Under the pieces are notes generated by a model. The model did not search any database and was not told the DNA's origin. It worked only from the letters and a program-made list of their open reading frames with translations. Made by a program: the position numbers and the translations under genes. DNA of 63,009 nucleotides, filler included, from Reticulomyxa filosa (lineage: Eukaryota; Protista; Foraminifera): assembly GCA_000512085.1 (NCBI GenBank). It is 24 parts of 24 records of this genome, joined end to end, with 100 filler letters (N's around TTAATTAATTAA, not from the genome) between each part and the next. Parts side by side here need not be neighbours in the genome. Positions count along the whole stretch, not along the records: positions 36,825 to 41,736 come from ASPP01022310.1; positions 41,837 to 42,925 come from ASPP01024404.1; positions 43,026 to 45,594 come from ASPP01008763.1; positions 45,695 to 48,653 come from ASPP01017906.1; positions 48,754 to 51,066 come from ASPP01046587.1; 19 more parts are not named here. One strand, 5' to 3'. Positions 37,083 to 49,600 of this stretch are shown here, in pieces (the first letter of the stretch is position 1; each line of letters opens with the position of its first letter).

Positions 37083-37883
37083 CTAGCAAGAAAGATCTCA
37101 TCTTAGTTAAAACAGCACTTGTCGCAAGGAATAAAGAGTACTATAAGAAAAACAAAAGCGAAAGGAAAAGATAAGCAAAAACTCATCAAACTAACACAAA
37201 ATATGCTTTTCTCTTGTTGTTAATTGTGATGTTATTTGATCAACTTATTGTTGCAAAGTGACCAAATTTTGTTTGTTATTTTTGATTCGTTTGGCTCGTC
37301 CAGTAGTGAAAGATATCTGACATTTCACGATAATAAAAAATTTTCTTTTTGTAGTTTGTTTCTGCAATATTTCCCAACTCTAGAAATTGGTCTGTAATTC
37401 TTGTAAATAATGTGATCTGGTTTTGGGATAGGTACAATATTTGATCTTCCATAATCTTGGAAATATCCAACCTTGAAGCTTCAATTAAATAATAACACTA
37501 ATGAATCAATTAATGCTTGTCCACCATTTTCGGTCTGGTTCTTGAGCCTGAGATGAGATAGATCTCAAAGCTTCAATTACTTCCTCTTCAGTGATATCCA
37601 GTTGATCCCATAATGGATAACAATTCATTTTGCAAAGACCCTAATTTAACCTTCAAAACGTTGTGATCATCACATAGTTGGTGGCCTTTGCTCCACCTCT
37701 GTGGAGCTCAGAGGGCCCCTTTGGGGCCTCGATCAGACCATTCGAGACAGCAAGTAGTGACGTCAGATGATTTGAAAGTTAATTATCAATCAAATTGCAA
37801 AATATAAATTCAGCACTCTCAGTCATCACCACTAACAAAGTTATAGCACTAAAAAAAAACAAATTGTTGAAGCATTTTTGGTC
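37083..37883 (-). mobile_element. SINE-like element, copy B, containing a nested LINE RT fragment (about 37271-37629)
   Basis: Core CACCTCTGTGGAGCTCAGAGGG shared with copies A and C; 3' tail 37083-37200 matches 40620-40752; the internal piece encodes DITEEEVIEAL..LFN..G.F...IVPIPKP..YRPIS. Confidence 0.7.
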
Positions 37884-37884
37884 T

Positions 37885-39640
37885 TTTCTGAACTAAAAGA
37901 AAGACACACAAAATCTTACAACGACCAAAAGGTCCATGAAAAATAATCAAAAGAAAAATAATAAAGTTATTTCAATTTAAATTGAAACTTGCCTTGAAGA
38001 AACTTGATAATTGTTCAAATCACTCTATTGGTATAGATTACGAACTTTGATTATAACATCTGGTTTCCACGATTAATGATGAATTATTTCATTGACAGGG
38101 ACAATATATTAATGTATGTGAGCAATTATTGGACACTTGTCCACAAATTGCGACGTAATTCACTGTGCTGCAAACATTCTATCAGGAAATGCTAGACAGT
38201 ATCTTCTTCTTCACACTAAATACAATAAGGAGAATCTGATCTTTGGATATTATATAAATAATCATTCAATACAACTTTGACAGTAGTGAATGCAATACAA
38301 TGCAATTAAAATCCAACAATAACAAAATGTCATCTGATGTTGGCTCATTGAAGATTGCAAATGGATTTATTTTATTTTATTTTTTTAAAGCTTTACATTG
38401 GAGGGAATGTCCGACTACTTATTGTTTTCAACATTTACGTCTCACTGAATTTTAGCACTAACCTCTATGCCTGTTCCACTCTTCTATAAAAAATGATTCA
38501 AGCCATGGAAATTCATGGAAATTCAGAAATGGTACTGTCCTGTCAGGTCTTCGAAATAGTTCAGGTTGGTCAAATTCTGCTTTGGATCTTGCTATCTTTG
38601 CCATGCCCGAGTCCCTTAATCTAATAAGTCTCAGGAATACTACTATCTCCAAGTTCATTCATTATTTTCTGGCATTCTGCAATCTGATAGTTATATGTAT
38701 CTGAATTGCATTTGTTGTAAATCGCATTCACAACAAATTTACGATCAGAAAGAATAGTTATTCCAATACTGTTCCTCCAAGTCCTGAATCTAGTCTGCAG
38801 CTTATATCAGCAAATATGACAATCGTATTGTTATCCAATGTGCCAGAATCTGTTCTTCACTCCATCTTTGAATGGTAATTTAGTGGAGTGTGGAGTTTCG
38901 TTGATGGTTTATTGTAATGAACTGTTCATCTGGTTCTACTTGAGGCATTTCAACTTCTGCACCGTGAATACATCTTCGAGATAGTGTTGACAACTTCCCA
39001 TCTTCTTTAAATTCATGATTCTGTTTCCATAACAAATAACCTTGAGTGAGATTATTCTCAGGAAATTTATTTCTCCACTTAATGCATTTGTGATAAAGTT
39101 TTACTTCTTCTTAGTTCCAATGGTGGCATTTGTGACATCGCATTCACGGTATCATAAGTATTCTACACATTGACACTATTTGGATCTTCGTTTGTGACAA
39201 TCAGCAGCACCACTCCAAAATGCACAGGCATATTCCAATGATGGTCTGATAATTGTTTTGCATAATATATTGTAGACACTCAAACTTGGTCTTAATCCTT
39301 TGTATGAAAAAATGAATATCAGATAACCCAATTCACTTCATCCAAACTTTGTTGTAATAATGACAATTGTTGTTCCTTCTCTTTTTCATCGCTTGCGTAA
39401 ATGAATGTCATCATCTGCGGACATCCCACTGAATTGGATGTGGAACTGAGTGTGAAAAAAAAATGTCAAACCCTTCCCATCAATAGACCAAACCTAAAAT
39501 AGCACTCAAGGGAGAATTTGAGATAAAGGTGGCAATGTCAAAAATTCAGCATGTGGAAAAAAGCGGAACCGCAAAAGCGCAAGCAAGAGAGCAAGCAGAA
39601 ATAAAGCCAGAACTTATCGAGTCCAGAATAAATAAATAGC
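37885..39640 (-). mobile_element. Decayed non-LTR retrotransposon (RT, RNase H, C-terminal CCHC remnant, 3' UTR)
   Basis: SPLS, MSADD (RT catalytic region), YKGLRPSLSVYNILCKTIIRPSLEYACAFW, RNase H ILSDRKFVVNAIYNKCN..., TV*HFLIEC; many stops and deletions. Confidence 0.85.
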
Positions 39641-39904
39641 TCACATGCTAATTAACAAGAAAAACAAAAAACATTATACGTTGTAATCATCCTTTTTTTA
39701 TTTAATTTAAATTAATTTTTTTTAAAAAAATATATATCACTATTCGTCATCATTGGCTAGCCAAAAGCTAACAGGGGTAACAGCCGAGCGAAAGGAGTGG
39801 CAAGAATGCCAAAATACATCTCATCATCACGACCAGGCATCTCATTTAGATGCGAGGAAAGCACTCGCGCCCCCGAGCAGAAAAGGCTACTGAAGGCCAG
39901 GAAA

Positions 39905-40763
39905 TCAAAGACAAAAATTTGTTTTGCTTTATTTTTGAGTGCAATTTGTAAGTGGTTAACTGAGAGTGTTGAATTTTATCCATCTTAATTTGATTGATAT
40001 TTCACCACTTGCTGAAGTCTCGTAGAGTCTGAGCGTGGTCCCAAAGGGACTCTTGGATTCCCTCTGAGCTGCACAGAGGTGAGGCAAGGCAATCAACTGT
40101 GTGATGATCACATAAAGTTTTGGGGGTTAAATTGATATCGTTTTGAAATGTTATAAAAGGATGAAATCTCTATCTAAACAAATTTTAAAAAATATATATT
40201 ATCACTAGTAAATCATTTGCTGCTGATATGCATGGAATTGGAATTAATCAAAGAAAATTAGTCAGATATCTGATATTGCGATTTTGCGCAAAATCAGATA
40301 TACAAGATAACAAACGAAACACCCAAAATGAACAATCGAAACAAAATAATATTAACAATAAAGAATGGCGAAAAAAATTAAGCCACTTTTTTATTAAATA
40401 ATCCGAAATGGCAATATCAACAACATTCATATGCATTTCTTTAATAATAAGTATTTAAATTTTATTTTTTGTTTTAGTTTGCTAAAAGAGGTGAATTGAA
40501 TCTCAATATTTCACACTTCGAAAACAAGGCTCAGAGGATTTAGTTGAGCAACCTTTGAGATTTTATTTGTTTTTTTTGATATTTTAAGATTAAATTAAAA
40601 CTTAAATTTTTTTTTTACTTGTTGTTGATTGTATGTGAGTTTTTGATATGTTTTATTGATCTTTTCCATTTTTTGTTTGTTTTCATTAGAGTACTGTGTT
40701 CCTTTTGGGATGAGGTGCTCATTTTAACTTGGATAAGATCTCACTTTTGCTAAAAAAAAAAAA
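39905..40763 (+). mobile_element. SINE-like element, copy C (longest), ending CTAA + poly(A)
   Basis: 40010-40200 is the reverse complement of 32730-32925; 40684-40730 matches the reverse complement of 32636-32680 and 37105-37145; A-run at 40752-40763. Confidence 0.75.
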
Positions 40764-43049
40764 TTGTGATAGGGTATCGGTCCTTGTTTAGCATTAAGAG
40801 TGTTCAACGCTTTCGGGAAATTGGCATTCTCGAGGCAAATAACAGTCTTTTGTGTTTGGCAGAACTCCGAGGGTCGGGTGATTTCTACCGAACCTCGGGC
40901 AAAACCGAAACCCACTCGCTGATAACAAGGCTTGTGAAGGCGATCCAGGTTTTTACAAAATACTCCACATGGAATTGGTTCAAGAATCCAATCTAATGGT
41001 AAGGCAGACATGTTAACTACACTTCCGAAGATGTCTGCCACTAGTGAATTATCAAATGCCAGTATGCATGGTGGCATTAAAAATGAATATTGAGTTGGAA
41101 ATTGAATTGGATATGGTATTGATATGACTGATACCAGAAACAAGCAACGATGGACGTTGACCAAATGGCGCAAGGCGATAGCCATAAAACGACGAAGTAG
41201 CAAAGAAAGCAAAGCATCAATCTTCAACGTTTCAAGTTGTATTACACAGCCCAAGTATGCAACAAAACGAAGAAAAGAAGATTGATGAAATCACATTTGA
41301 AAATGTGGGAAGAAAAATATGCAAATTCGATGAAAATTATGTGCAAATACGCCAACGATTTTCGTCACTCCAATCAAGCCCAAAGAACTGAAATCGGCAA
41401 CATCGGTGAGTAAGTTCCTTGGATTAAGAAACAAGAATATGTTGTTCAGAAAAGTATTAACGCATACATTTTCTGGAAATTTTGGACATTATTTGTTCAT
41501 TTTGCAGTTGATATTAATGAGCAAATAACTCAACTAGCTAAAAGCAAATCAAGGCCAAAATCGCATTTCGAGAATGCAGGAAATGCTACAGATCGAACCA
41601 TATTGCTTGTGAACGCAAAGTATGTAAGTATTGAGGATTGGCAAATCACGAAGCGACAAAATGCCGACACAAGAATAATCCAAGTAAACACAAATGCGTT
41701 TTATGCCGAAAGCATCCATTGCAATGTGATGTGATTNNNNNNNNNNNNNNNNNNNNNNNNNNNNNNNNNNNNNNNNNNNNTTAATTAATTAANNNNNNNN
41801 NNNNNNNNNNNNNNNNNNNNNNNNNNNNNNNNNNNNTTCTTCTTCTTCATCTGATTTTAAAGCTTGCAATTGTGCTTCTTTTTCAATGAAATCACCAATA
41901 TAAAAAGAACTCAAACTTCCAAATACAAATATTATCCATAATGGAAGTGATCGCCATAATGATAAAAGATATAACGTGCCAACATAAAGCAAAAGCAACA
42001 ATGAAGATTTATATGGAGTCAAATACTCAAAAAGTTTAAAAATTACAACTAGACCAATGATGGTCATCTTTTTTTTTCTAGAAATTAAAAAAATTATGTA
42101 GCCCAATAAAAAAAAATACTTGAAAACATAATATTGATAAAAATGTTAATGTAAATTTTAATTAATCCAATGTAATGTAAATTTTAATGTATTCAATGTA
42201 ATGTAGTCCCATTCCTGAACTATCACGTACTGAATCCATTCTTTACAGAAGAATGAAGGAAATGAAATGGAGCCTCATAAACATGCCAAACGATTTTTAC
42301 GTAATTTGACAGAGTCCCAGTCATTTGAAAAGATTGTGCTCCATAATTTGGATGTCTATAAACGCAGAATTGTTTGCAGGATTATTAATGAAAAAGTAGG
42401 ATTGAATGTGTTTCTGTTCAAAATTAAACGAAATTATACACCCAGATTGTAAATGATGCGAAGGAGAAGAAACTGTGGATCATTTCTTAATGAAATGCTC
42501 ACACTATGAAGGACTTAGAAATTTATGGCTTGCAGCAATAAAAGAATTGCTGCTGTATTTTCGATTCACAACATCAAACCTGAGAAGTTTAGTAATTGGA
42601 GATAAAATATGTTAACATGAGACAAGAATCAAAATTGTCAAGCAACTTCCAAAATTTGTTCTGGCAACAAATAGAAATATTTAGAGTGAAAAAGGTGAAT
42701 GATAAATTTTTAGAAAGTTATATTTTCATGTTTACTTCCAAATATAAAAGTTTGGAGTACTTTGAAATTTTGACTATTTTTTAATAGTGTTGTCTTTCGA
42801 TCTGAGACAAACATCTAACAACTTAGAGATAAAATAAACCAAAATTATATTTAAAAACCACGCTGTTCTAGATATTCTAAAAATTTTGTTTAAATGCTGT
42901 TTTTCATGGAAAAATCAATTATCTTNNNNNNNNNNNNNNNNNNNNNNNNNNNNNNNNNNNNNNNNNNNNTTAATTAATTAANNNNNNNNNNNNNNNNNNN
43001 NNNNNNNNNNNNNNNNNNNNNNNNNTTTTTTTTTTAAAAAAAAAAAGTG

Positions 43050-43597
43050 TTATGTATGTGCTTGAAATTCAAACGCTTTTTTTTTTTTTTTTGCAATGAA
43101 TTTGCTGTGACTGTTGCAAATAAATGTTTTTTTACCTTCAATTTCCGTGCTTTTCACATTTGCGTATTTGTCAAACAGGTGCTTAGCACTCATTACGTCC
43201 CTCTTCAGATACGTTTCATATTCACCATCGACCACTTGCTCATTGTGCTTCTTCCTTCCCTCTTCCTTGTTTTTTTTCGTCTCGTTGTCTTCACTTGTTC
43301 TTTTCTTTTCTCTTCACAACCAACAAATATTATGCATATATGTATATGTACATATCATACAAATTACATATTTATTTATATATGTACACATATAAAATCG
43401 AAACGAAACCAGTTCCACAAAGTACAATACATTGTATTATTAAACCAATTATGTGTAATACGTATTTATATAATTTTATTGTTGTTGAAGAGTCCTCCTC
43501 TTTCCTTTTCCCTTCTCTCCACTTTGATATTTTTTTTTTTTTTAATGCTGATTTTAGAAAAAAAAAGCGAAAAGGGGACTACTTTTTAAAAAATTAA

Positions 43598-43629
<32 letters not shown>

Positions 43630-44042
43630 GTTCACAACTTTTCATCAGTTTCATTGTTGTGATTTTCCTTTGCTTCGACACCTGTGGACTTGTCCTTTTT
43701 ATGTTTGTTACTATTATTGCTATTGGTAGTGGTGGCATTAGTGCTGTTATTGTTGACGTTTTGATTGTCATTTCCTGTTGGCTCTTTTCTTTCTCGAAAC
43801 TGAGCTTGTTTCATTTGGTTGACCTCTTTTGGACTCGACAACGGCTGCGAGTCCACTCTTACGTATTCTGGTTCTTTATCCTCACTCTCATTGCCATTGG
43901 CATTGGTATTGGCATTAGCATTGGCATTAGCATTGGCATTGGTTTTGTCTGATTTGTTTTCCTCTGCCTCTGATTCTGTTTCTGCTTCTCGTTTTCTGTC
44001 TTCTACTTCTTCTTCTGTTATCGAACTACTACAGCAGCCCAT
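43050..44042 (-). CDS. Dually acylated (MGCC) low-complexity protein, multi-exon, 3'-partial
   Basis: MGCCSSS N-terminus at ATG 44042; E/N-rich ORF; further same-strand exons at about 43500 and 43290-43090, separated by poly-T/(AT) introns. Confidence 0.55.
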
Positions 44043-44527
44043 TTGCGCTTTCACTATCAATGAAGTTCCTAGCTCTCTTTCTCAAAAAATAAAGAATTAT
44101 ACCAGGCTCGGAGCGAGTTTATAAATATTTATTATTCCTTCTCGAGGTTTTTTTTTACCTCCCTTTCAAAACTTGTGAAGACCCCGGAACGCTAGTAACA
44201 AACTTTGACTATCTTGTTTTTTTATTGGCTTGTAATAGAGAAAAAATTGAGATCATAGTTTCATTGATCAAACGAGTTTCACTACTTTAGGATCTCTATT
44301 CCTACTTCATTCCAAGTTTAGGTTATCTTGATAATCGTATCAAGAATCGTGTTAAACTTTAAAAGATAGATTTCACAGATCTGGAAATATATGTCAAGCT
44401 TGCCAAGTGTAATTGGGAGGTAAAAATTCACATTTGTTTTACACTTGGTTTTGATTTTTGAAAAAAAGGACAGCAGCACCATCACACAAAAAAAAAAAAG
44501 AAGAAAAAAACAACAGAAAGGAATGGT

Positions 44528-45545
44528 TCAATTCATGTCAATACTTGTCAAGCGATCTAACAATCTGACTTCAGCACGAGACAATTTTTTGCTGAAAAGT
44601 AAGTGATACAACGGAGGAGAGTAAGTATTTCTGGCAGTTTTGTAAGGAGGGACAAACATCCAGTCTTCAAAATCGAATCCTTCTGAGCCAGTTAATTTGG
44701 TGATGACTTGTTCAAAGCGATCGATTGTGACATCGCACACAAGTTTGTATTGTTTTTCATGTGTCAATTCATCTCCTTGTTTTTTGTTTCTTGCGCATTT
44801 GATGAAGCTAAAGAAGTTACCACCAAACACATCGGTCAACGTATGCGTATATGCAAAGAGAGAGAGAGAGAGAATAGTCAGAAACAAGAACAAAAAAAAA
44901 AAAAAAGGGGGCACACACAAAGTTCAAAGATGAGAAAAGAGGAAAGAAAGCTATGAGCAATACCGTGATATAATCAACCAATGGTCGAATATTGTAAAAT
45001 TTGGCCTCTTGAAGCAACTCGTTTAAAATAGCATCATTTTGTTGCATGAGTCCTCCGTATTTGATATAATCGATGCCATCTCTTAAATAGTTTAAAATGT
45101 GTCGAAAATAGGTGGGATCTCTGTCGATGAAAAAGGCGCCTTTTTCGTCTTTTTCCATGTGGAACCGACCACTGAACATTGCGGAAAGCATTGATCCCTG
45201 GTCACTTGCCAATGTGTTCATGGTGGTCTCAAACAGATTGCCGCCGACATTGACAGACACACGGTTGTTGGACGACAAGTATATGTCGTTGGGACGATAG
45301 TCAATGCCATTATTACTATCATTGTTCTTCTGATCAAAATCTTCGTTGCTCACCGGCGATCCCACTTTTGGGGACGTCTCGCTGCCGTTTTTATGTTTGC
45401 CCTTATTTTTTGTATTGTATTTGCTGCCACTCTTATTACTGCTTCGAACCGTTATCCCTTTGTACCACGATTGGAACAAATTGCCCGAGTGAGACGTAGA
45501 CGCTATCCCATTTCCACCACCGCCAAATGACCTGCTCCTCAGCAC
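44528..45545 (-). CDS. KCTD-type BTB/POZ (T1) domain protein, partial, with an intron at about 44800-44964
   Basis: RVSVNVGGNLFETTMNTL...SMLSAMFSGR...FFIDRDPTYFRHILNYLRDG...LLQEAKFYNI is a canonical KCTD BTB domain. Confidence 0.93.
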
Positions 45546-46459
45546 ATGACTTAAGCCACGACCGTTCTTTTTTTTTTTTTAGGAAAAGGGGGGGNNNNNN
45601 NNNNNNNNNNNNNNNNNNNNNNNNNNNNNNNNNNNNNNTTAATTAATTAANNNNNNNNNNNNNNNNNNNNNNNNNNNNNNNNNNNNNNNNNNNNTTTTTT
45701 TTTTTTTTTTTTTTGGTAATGCGTTTTCTCTTAGTTGTGTTTTTTTAAAAAACTCAAGCAACTGAACGCATGCAAAGGGGCAAAAATGCACCACTATTTA
45801 TCTTTGTGCATTTTGCTGGTTAGTGCATTTTTTGTTTGCTTGTTTTTTTTGTGCTCTTTTGTGTTTGCTTAGCAAAAACATTGGTTTTTTTAAATTACCA
45901 ATATCTGCATGTGTACAAGAATTTTGTAGCTTGATTACAACTGTGTACTCATCAGATTGGTGCTGGTGTTTATTATCTGTTTTTTTATCATTAAATTCTT
46001 GACATATCGACAATAACACTGATTTTGCCCACTGCTAACATGTATCTTTTGGAGTAAAACAATCACATGTCTGTCACATTCATGCTACTATTGCTACGTG
46101 TTTAGGCTCTCATTTCACGCTTCCATTTATTCAACATAAACGCAAAGTTTTTTTTTAAGAAAGAAGAAAACCAGATCGAAAGTTAGTCTTCTCGAATGTA
46201 GGACAGTCCCAGTCTCGCTACCCTTTTTTTTCTTACCCCTCCTCTTGCCACCAAACTACTTTGAAGCAAAATTTTTTACATTTTGAACGTGTACACTACT
46301 GAAAGCTCAGACATTTTTTATCGCTTTCTAAGCGTCTGGGATAAATTTTGTGTTCTGTAAGTGGCGGTCACTATCGTTCCAATACGTTGGCCCAAATCGT
46401 TTTTTTCCCTTGTTTCGGTAATAGTTTACAACAAAACGCGTGTAAAACCTTCAGCAAAA

Positions 46460-48428
46460 ATGCAAGAAGAAAGCATGTCTGAGAAAGTACGAGAAAATAT
46501 AAACAATAATCAAGAAAACGAACAAGAAAAATATTCCAGAGAACTAAAGGTATTGGTGCGACTATGCGGTGATGTCATTAAAGAGGAAGAACTGAAAAAG
46601 CAGTTGGAAGAAACTAATGGGAACGTGTCAATGGTAATTGACAAAATGGTTTCCAAACTACTCGATCAAACCGTTATTTTTGTATATGTTTATTCGCAAT
46701 AACATGCAGCGATACGCATACAATATGTATACGTATGCGATAAAAAAAAACGCTAATGACATTTTTTTGCTATCGTAATTGCATTTAATGCTAGCAGATT
46801 TGTGAATTTGCATGTAAATAAACAATAGACCATTATGAAACAACCAAAAGAAGAAAGTGGAACAAAACAATCAGAGATAGATATTAAACAGGTTGCGGCA
46901 AAATTGAAAAAATAAAAAAAGTGCACATATATATCTTTTTGAATATACCTTATGAAGAAACATTGGACAATTATCCAAACTTACAAAAAATGGTGGAAGA
47001 GCCATTCCTACTTCAACTCATTTTGTCTGTGTTGCCATCGCTGGTGAAACAGTACGGCACAGACAGCAAAATCTCAAGAGCACAGGTGTACGAGGTATTC
47101 AACGAGCAATGGATCGATATTCACACACAAAGCATTGCCTCCAAACTGGCAGACCTGCGAATCCAAATGAACATCAGCAAAGTCAAATCAGTATTGAAGC
47201 AATACTGTCTCGATTTAGGATTTGAAATGTTCCTTCAAGGAAACCAAGTTGCACTTGAGCCGGCTTTCCAGAGTGAAAGGAACGATGAGAGTTGGAGTAA
47301 ACTAGATCCAAAGCTAGAACAAGGAAACAAAGAAGAAGAAAAAAGCATGTCTGCGGATGACGGTATGGGAACAATGAGAATGAAGGGAATAATGGAAACA
47401 GTGGGAACAATGGGGACAATGGGAATGATGATAATGAATGCATCGGGCACTTTGACATACGGACAAGAAACTTGGGGAAAGTACTTCAATGGAGACAGCA
47501 TTGCCAAATATGTATTACGAAGGGTTGGTGAAAACAGATATCAATTCTTACATAAATCATGCCAAGAATATTATGCAACACAAAAGATTGTGCTCGATAT
47601 AATTGCATGGAGACCCGATACCTATTTTGATCTTGACAATCGGCAATTCCAACAACAGTTTGAAATGCAAGCCCCCAAATTGGTGATCAATCGCAAATTG
47701 CTAAACAGAGAACTGGTAATTATTAAATTTATTGGCGATCGTGTGCTTGGTGTCAATTTTCACCAGATGGCTCAAAAGTTGTGTCAAGTTCTTGTGACAA
47801 TACATTTCAAATATGGGACGTTGCATCAGGAAAACAGCTTAAAGTATTTGAAGGCCATTCGAAATTAGTTAATGGAGCTCAAATTTTGTTAGATAATTCT
47901 ATGATTATTTCATGGTCAGATGATGCAACAATTCGAATATGGGACATTGAATCAGGAAAAGAATTGAAAAATTTTGACAAACATTCCGGTGGGGTAAATA
48001 GAGTACATTTAATAAGATATGATTCACAGATGGCCTCATGTTCGAGAGATGGGACAATTCGGATCTGGAATACTTCAAATGAAAGGGTAGCAAACAAGAT
48101 TGACGTAGACATGTTTGAGGTAACGGGTGTGCAACTATTTACAGATTATTCTAAGGCATTGACATTTACAAACGGCAATATTATTCAATTTTGGAATCTC
48201 TTCAAAAAAGAACTTCAACGTCCAGAAGGACACACAGACAGTGTGCTGAATATACGTTTTTCGCCAGATACATTGAAACTTATATCATGTTCAAAAGACA
48301 AAACATTTCGAATTTGGGATGCATCATTTTGAAAACTATTTCGAGTGGTAGAAGGTCATTCATCTGCTGTTAGTGGAACAAAATTTTCGACAGATGGCTA
48401 CTATATTGTCCTGCTCATGTGATAGAAC
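46460..48428 (+). pseudogene. NACHT-WD40 (NLR/HET-E-like) gene remnant with an N-terminal UBA-like domain
   Basis: UBA-like LKKQLEETNGNVSMVIDKM; NACHT HD1/WHD motifs PFLLQLI..VLP, SRAQVYEVF and YQFLHKSCQEYY; WD40 repeats follow. No P-loop seen; frameshift at about 47745; stop at 48330-48332; transposon end inserted at 48429. Confidence 0.78.
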
Positions 48429-48653
48429 TACAGTAGATTGCAAAAAAAACCGCATACCTAAATGGCACTATATGAATAGAATAGATTTTCTCAATGAAAA
48501 ATAAATATTTAAACGAATTTTTTTTTTTAAAAATATATACTAATATTGTAGTTTTTAAATATTAAAATTTTTTTTTTTTGCTAATTTTCTTTATTGTTAA
48601 TATTTTTAATGATATTTCAAAATTTTGATATTTAAAATATTGAAACATTTGTT
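48429..48653 (+). mobile_element. DNA transposon/MITE terminus, copy 2, inserted into a WD40 repeat
   Basis: ...TGTGATAGAAC TA|CAGTAGATTGCAAAAAAAACCGCATACCTAAATGGCACTATATG, then an AT-rich interior to the contig end. Confidence 0.75.
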
Positions 48654-48829
48654 NNNNNNNNNNNNNNNNNNNNNNNNNNNNNNNNNNNNNNNNNNNNTTA
48701 ATTAATTAANNNNNNNNNNNNNNNNNNNNNNNNNNNNNNNNNNNNNNNNNNNNAACCAAACCAATGTTTCAAACTTGCCTTCTTATCTTTCAAATATTCT
48801 ATTCAAATCAATGAAAACACAAATGTATA

Positions 48830-49600
48830 TTACTTTACAATGGATGCCGCCATGCATTTAAAAGTACGTATATCATTTATACATAGACTACGTGCACAAC
48901 GGAAATGCTAATATGCTGTCTATGCAGCAAAAGAGAAGTACTACTAATATTTAAATGATATTGGCGATCATTTACAAGTTTGGAAATAATTGGACTTGCA
49001 TGTTCACTGGCATATATTTGGCAGCTGTCTCTTTGATTGCTCATTCTAATTTATCTATCTTTGTTTTGGTCTTTTTTTTTTTAATAACACAGTCATTGAC
49101 CAAAGTGGTTTTGTGATATGTATATACTAACAAAACATTGACTGTTTGATTTGTTGTCAGCTACTTCACACACTCTGCCGATGTAAATGAGCATGTGTTG
49201 ACGGTATATTTGCTCTCTCCAGTCTGCTGTCGTCACTATTGGCATTGATGATTGATATTACCATAATGGTAAATACTCATCTTTCCTTTCTACTCCATTG
49301 TCACTATTGTTTTGCTTTGACTAAAATCCATTTTGATAATTATTATCTCAACTCAGATCACTTGTATGAAATATTGACCAAAATAACAAGTCCAGTAAGA
49401 GGTTATCGCCACAGTAGTAACGTCTCGAAGCAATCCACATTGTCACGTCTCCATGGAAAAGATAATGATCGCCATAGCATCTCTCTTTTCTTTCCACATT
49501 TGCTTCAGCATGTTTTGATTTGTTTGTTTCATCCAATCCTTGTTCTCACTATTTTTTTCTTCTTTCAAGTTATGAGATAATTATGTGCTTGTATCTTTCG
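48830..49600 (-). pseudogene. Possible degenerate RING/TRAF-type zinc-finger gene remnant
   Basis: Scattered Cys-containing fragments (NKDWMKQTNQ, LIYIGRVC, CPI-like) in broken frames; weak. Confidence 0.3.

Noticed and set aside
39884-39906. Hammerhead or RNase P-like motifs (CTGAAGG..GAAA; GAGGAAAG..CAGAAAAGGCTA)
   Set aside because: The core is not CUGANGA, and the spacing is far too short for RNase P/MRP.
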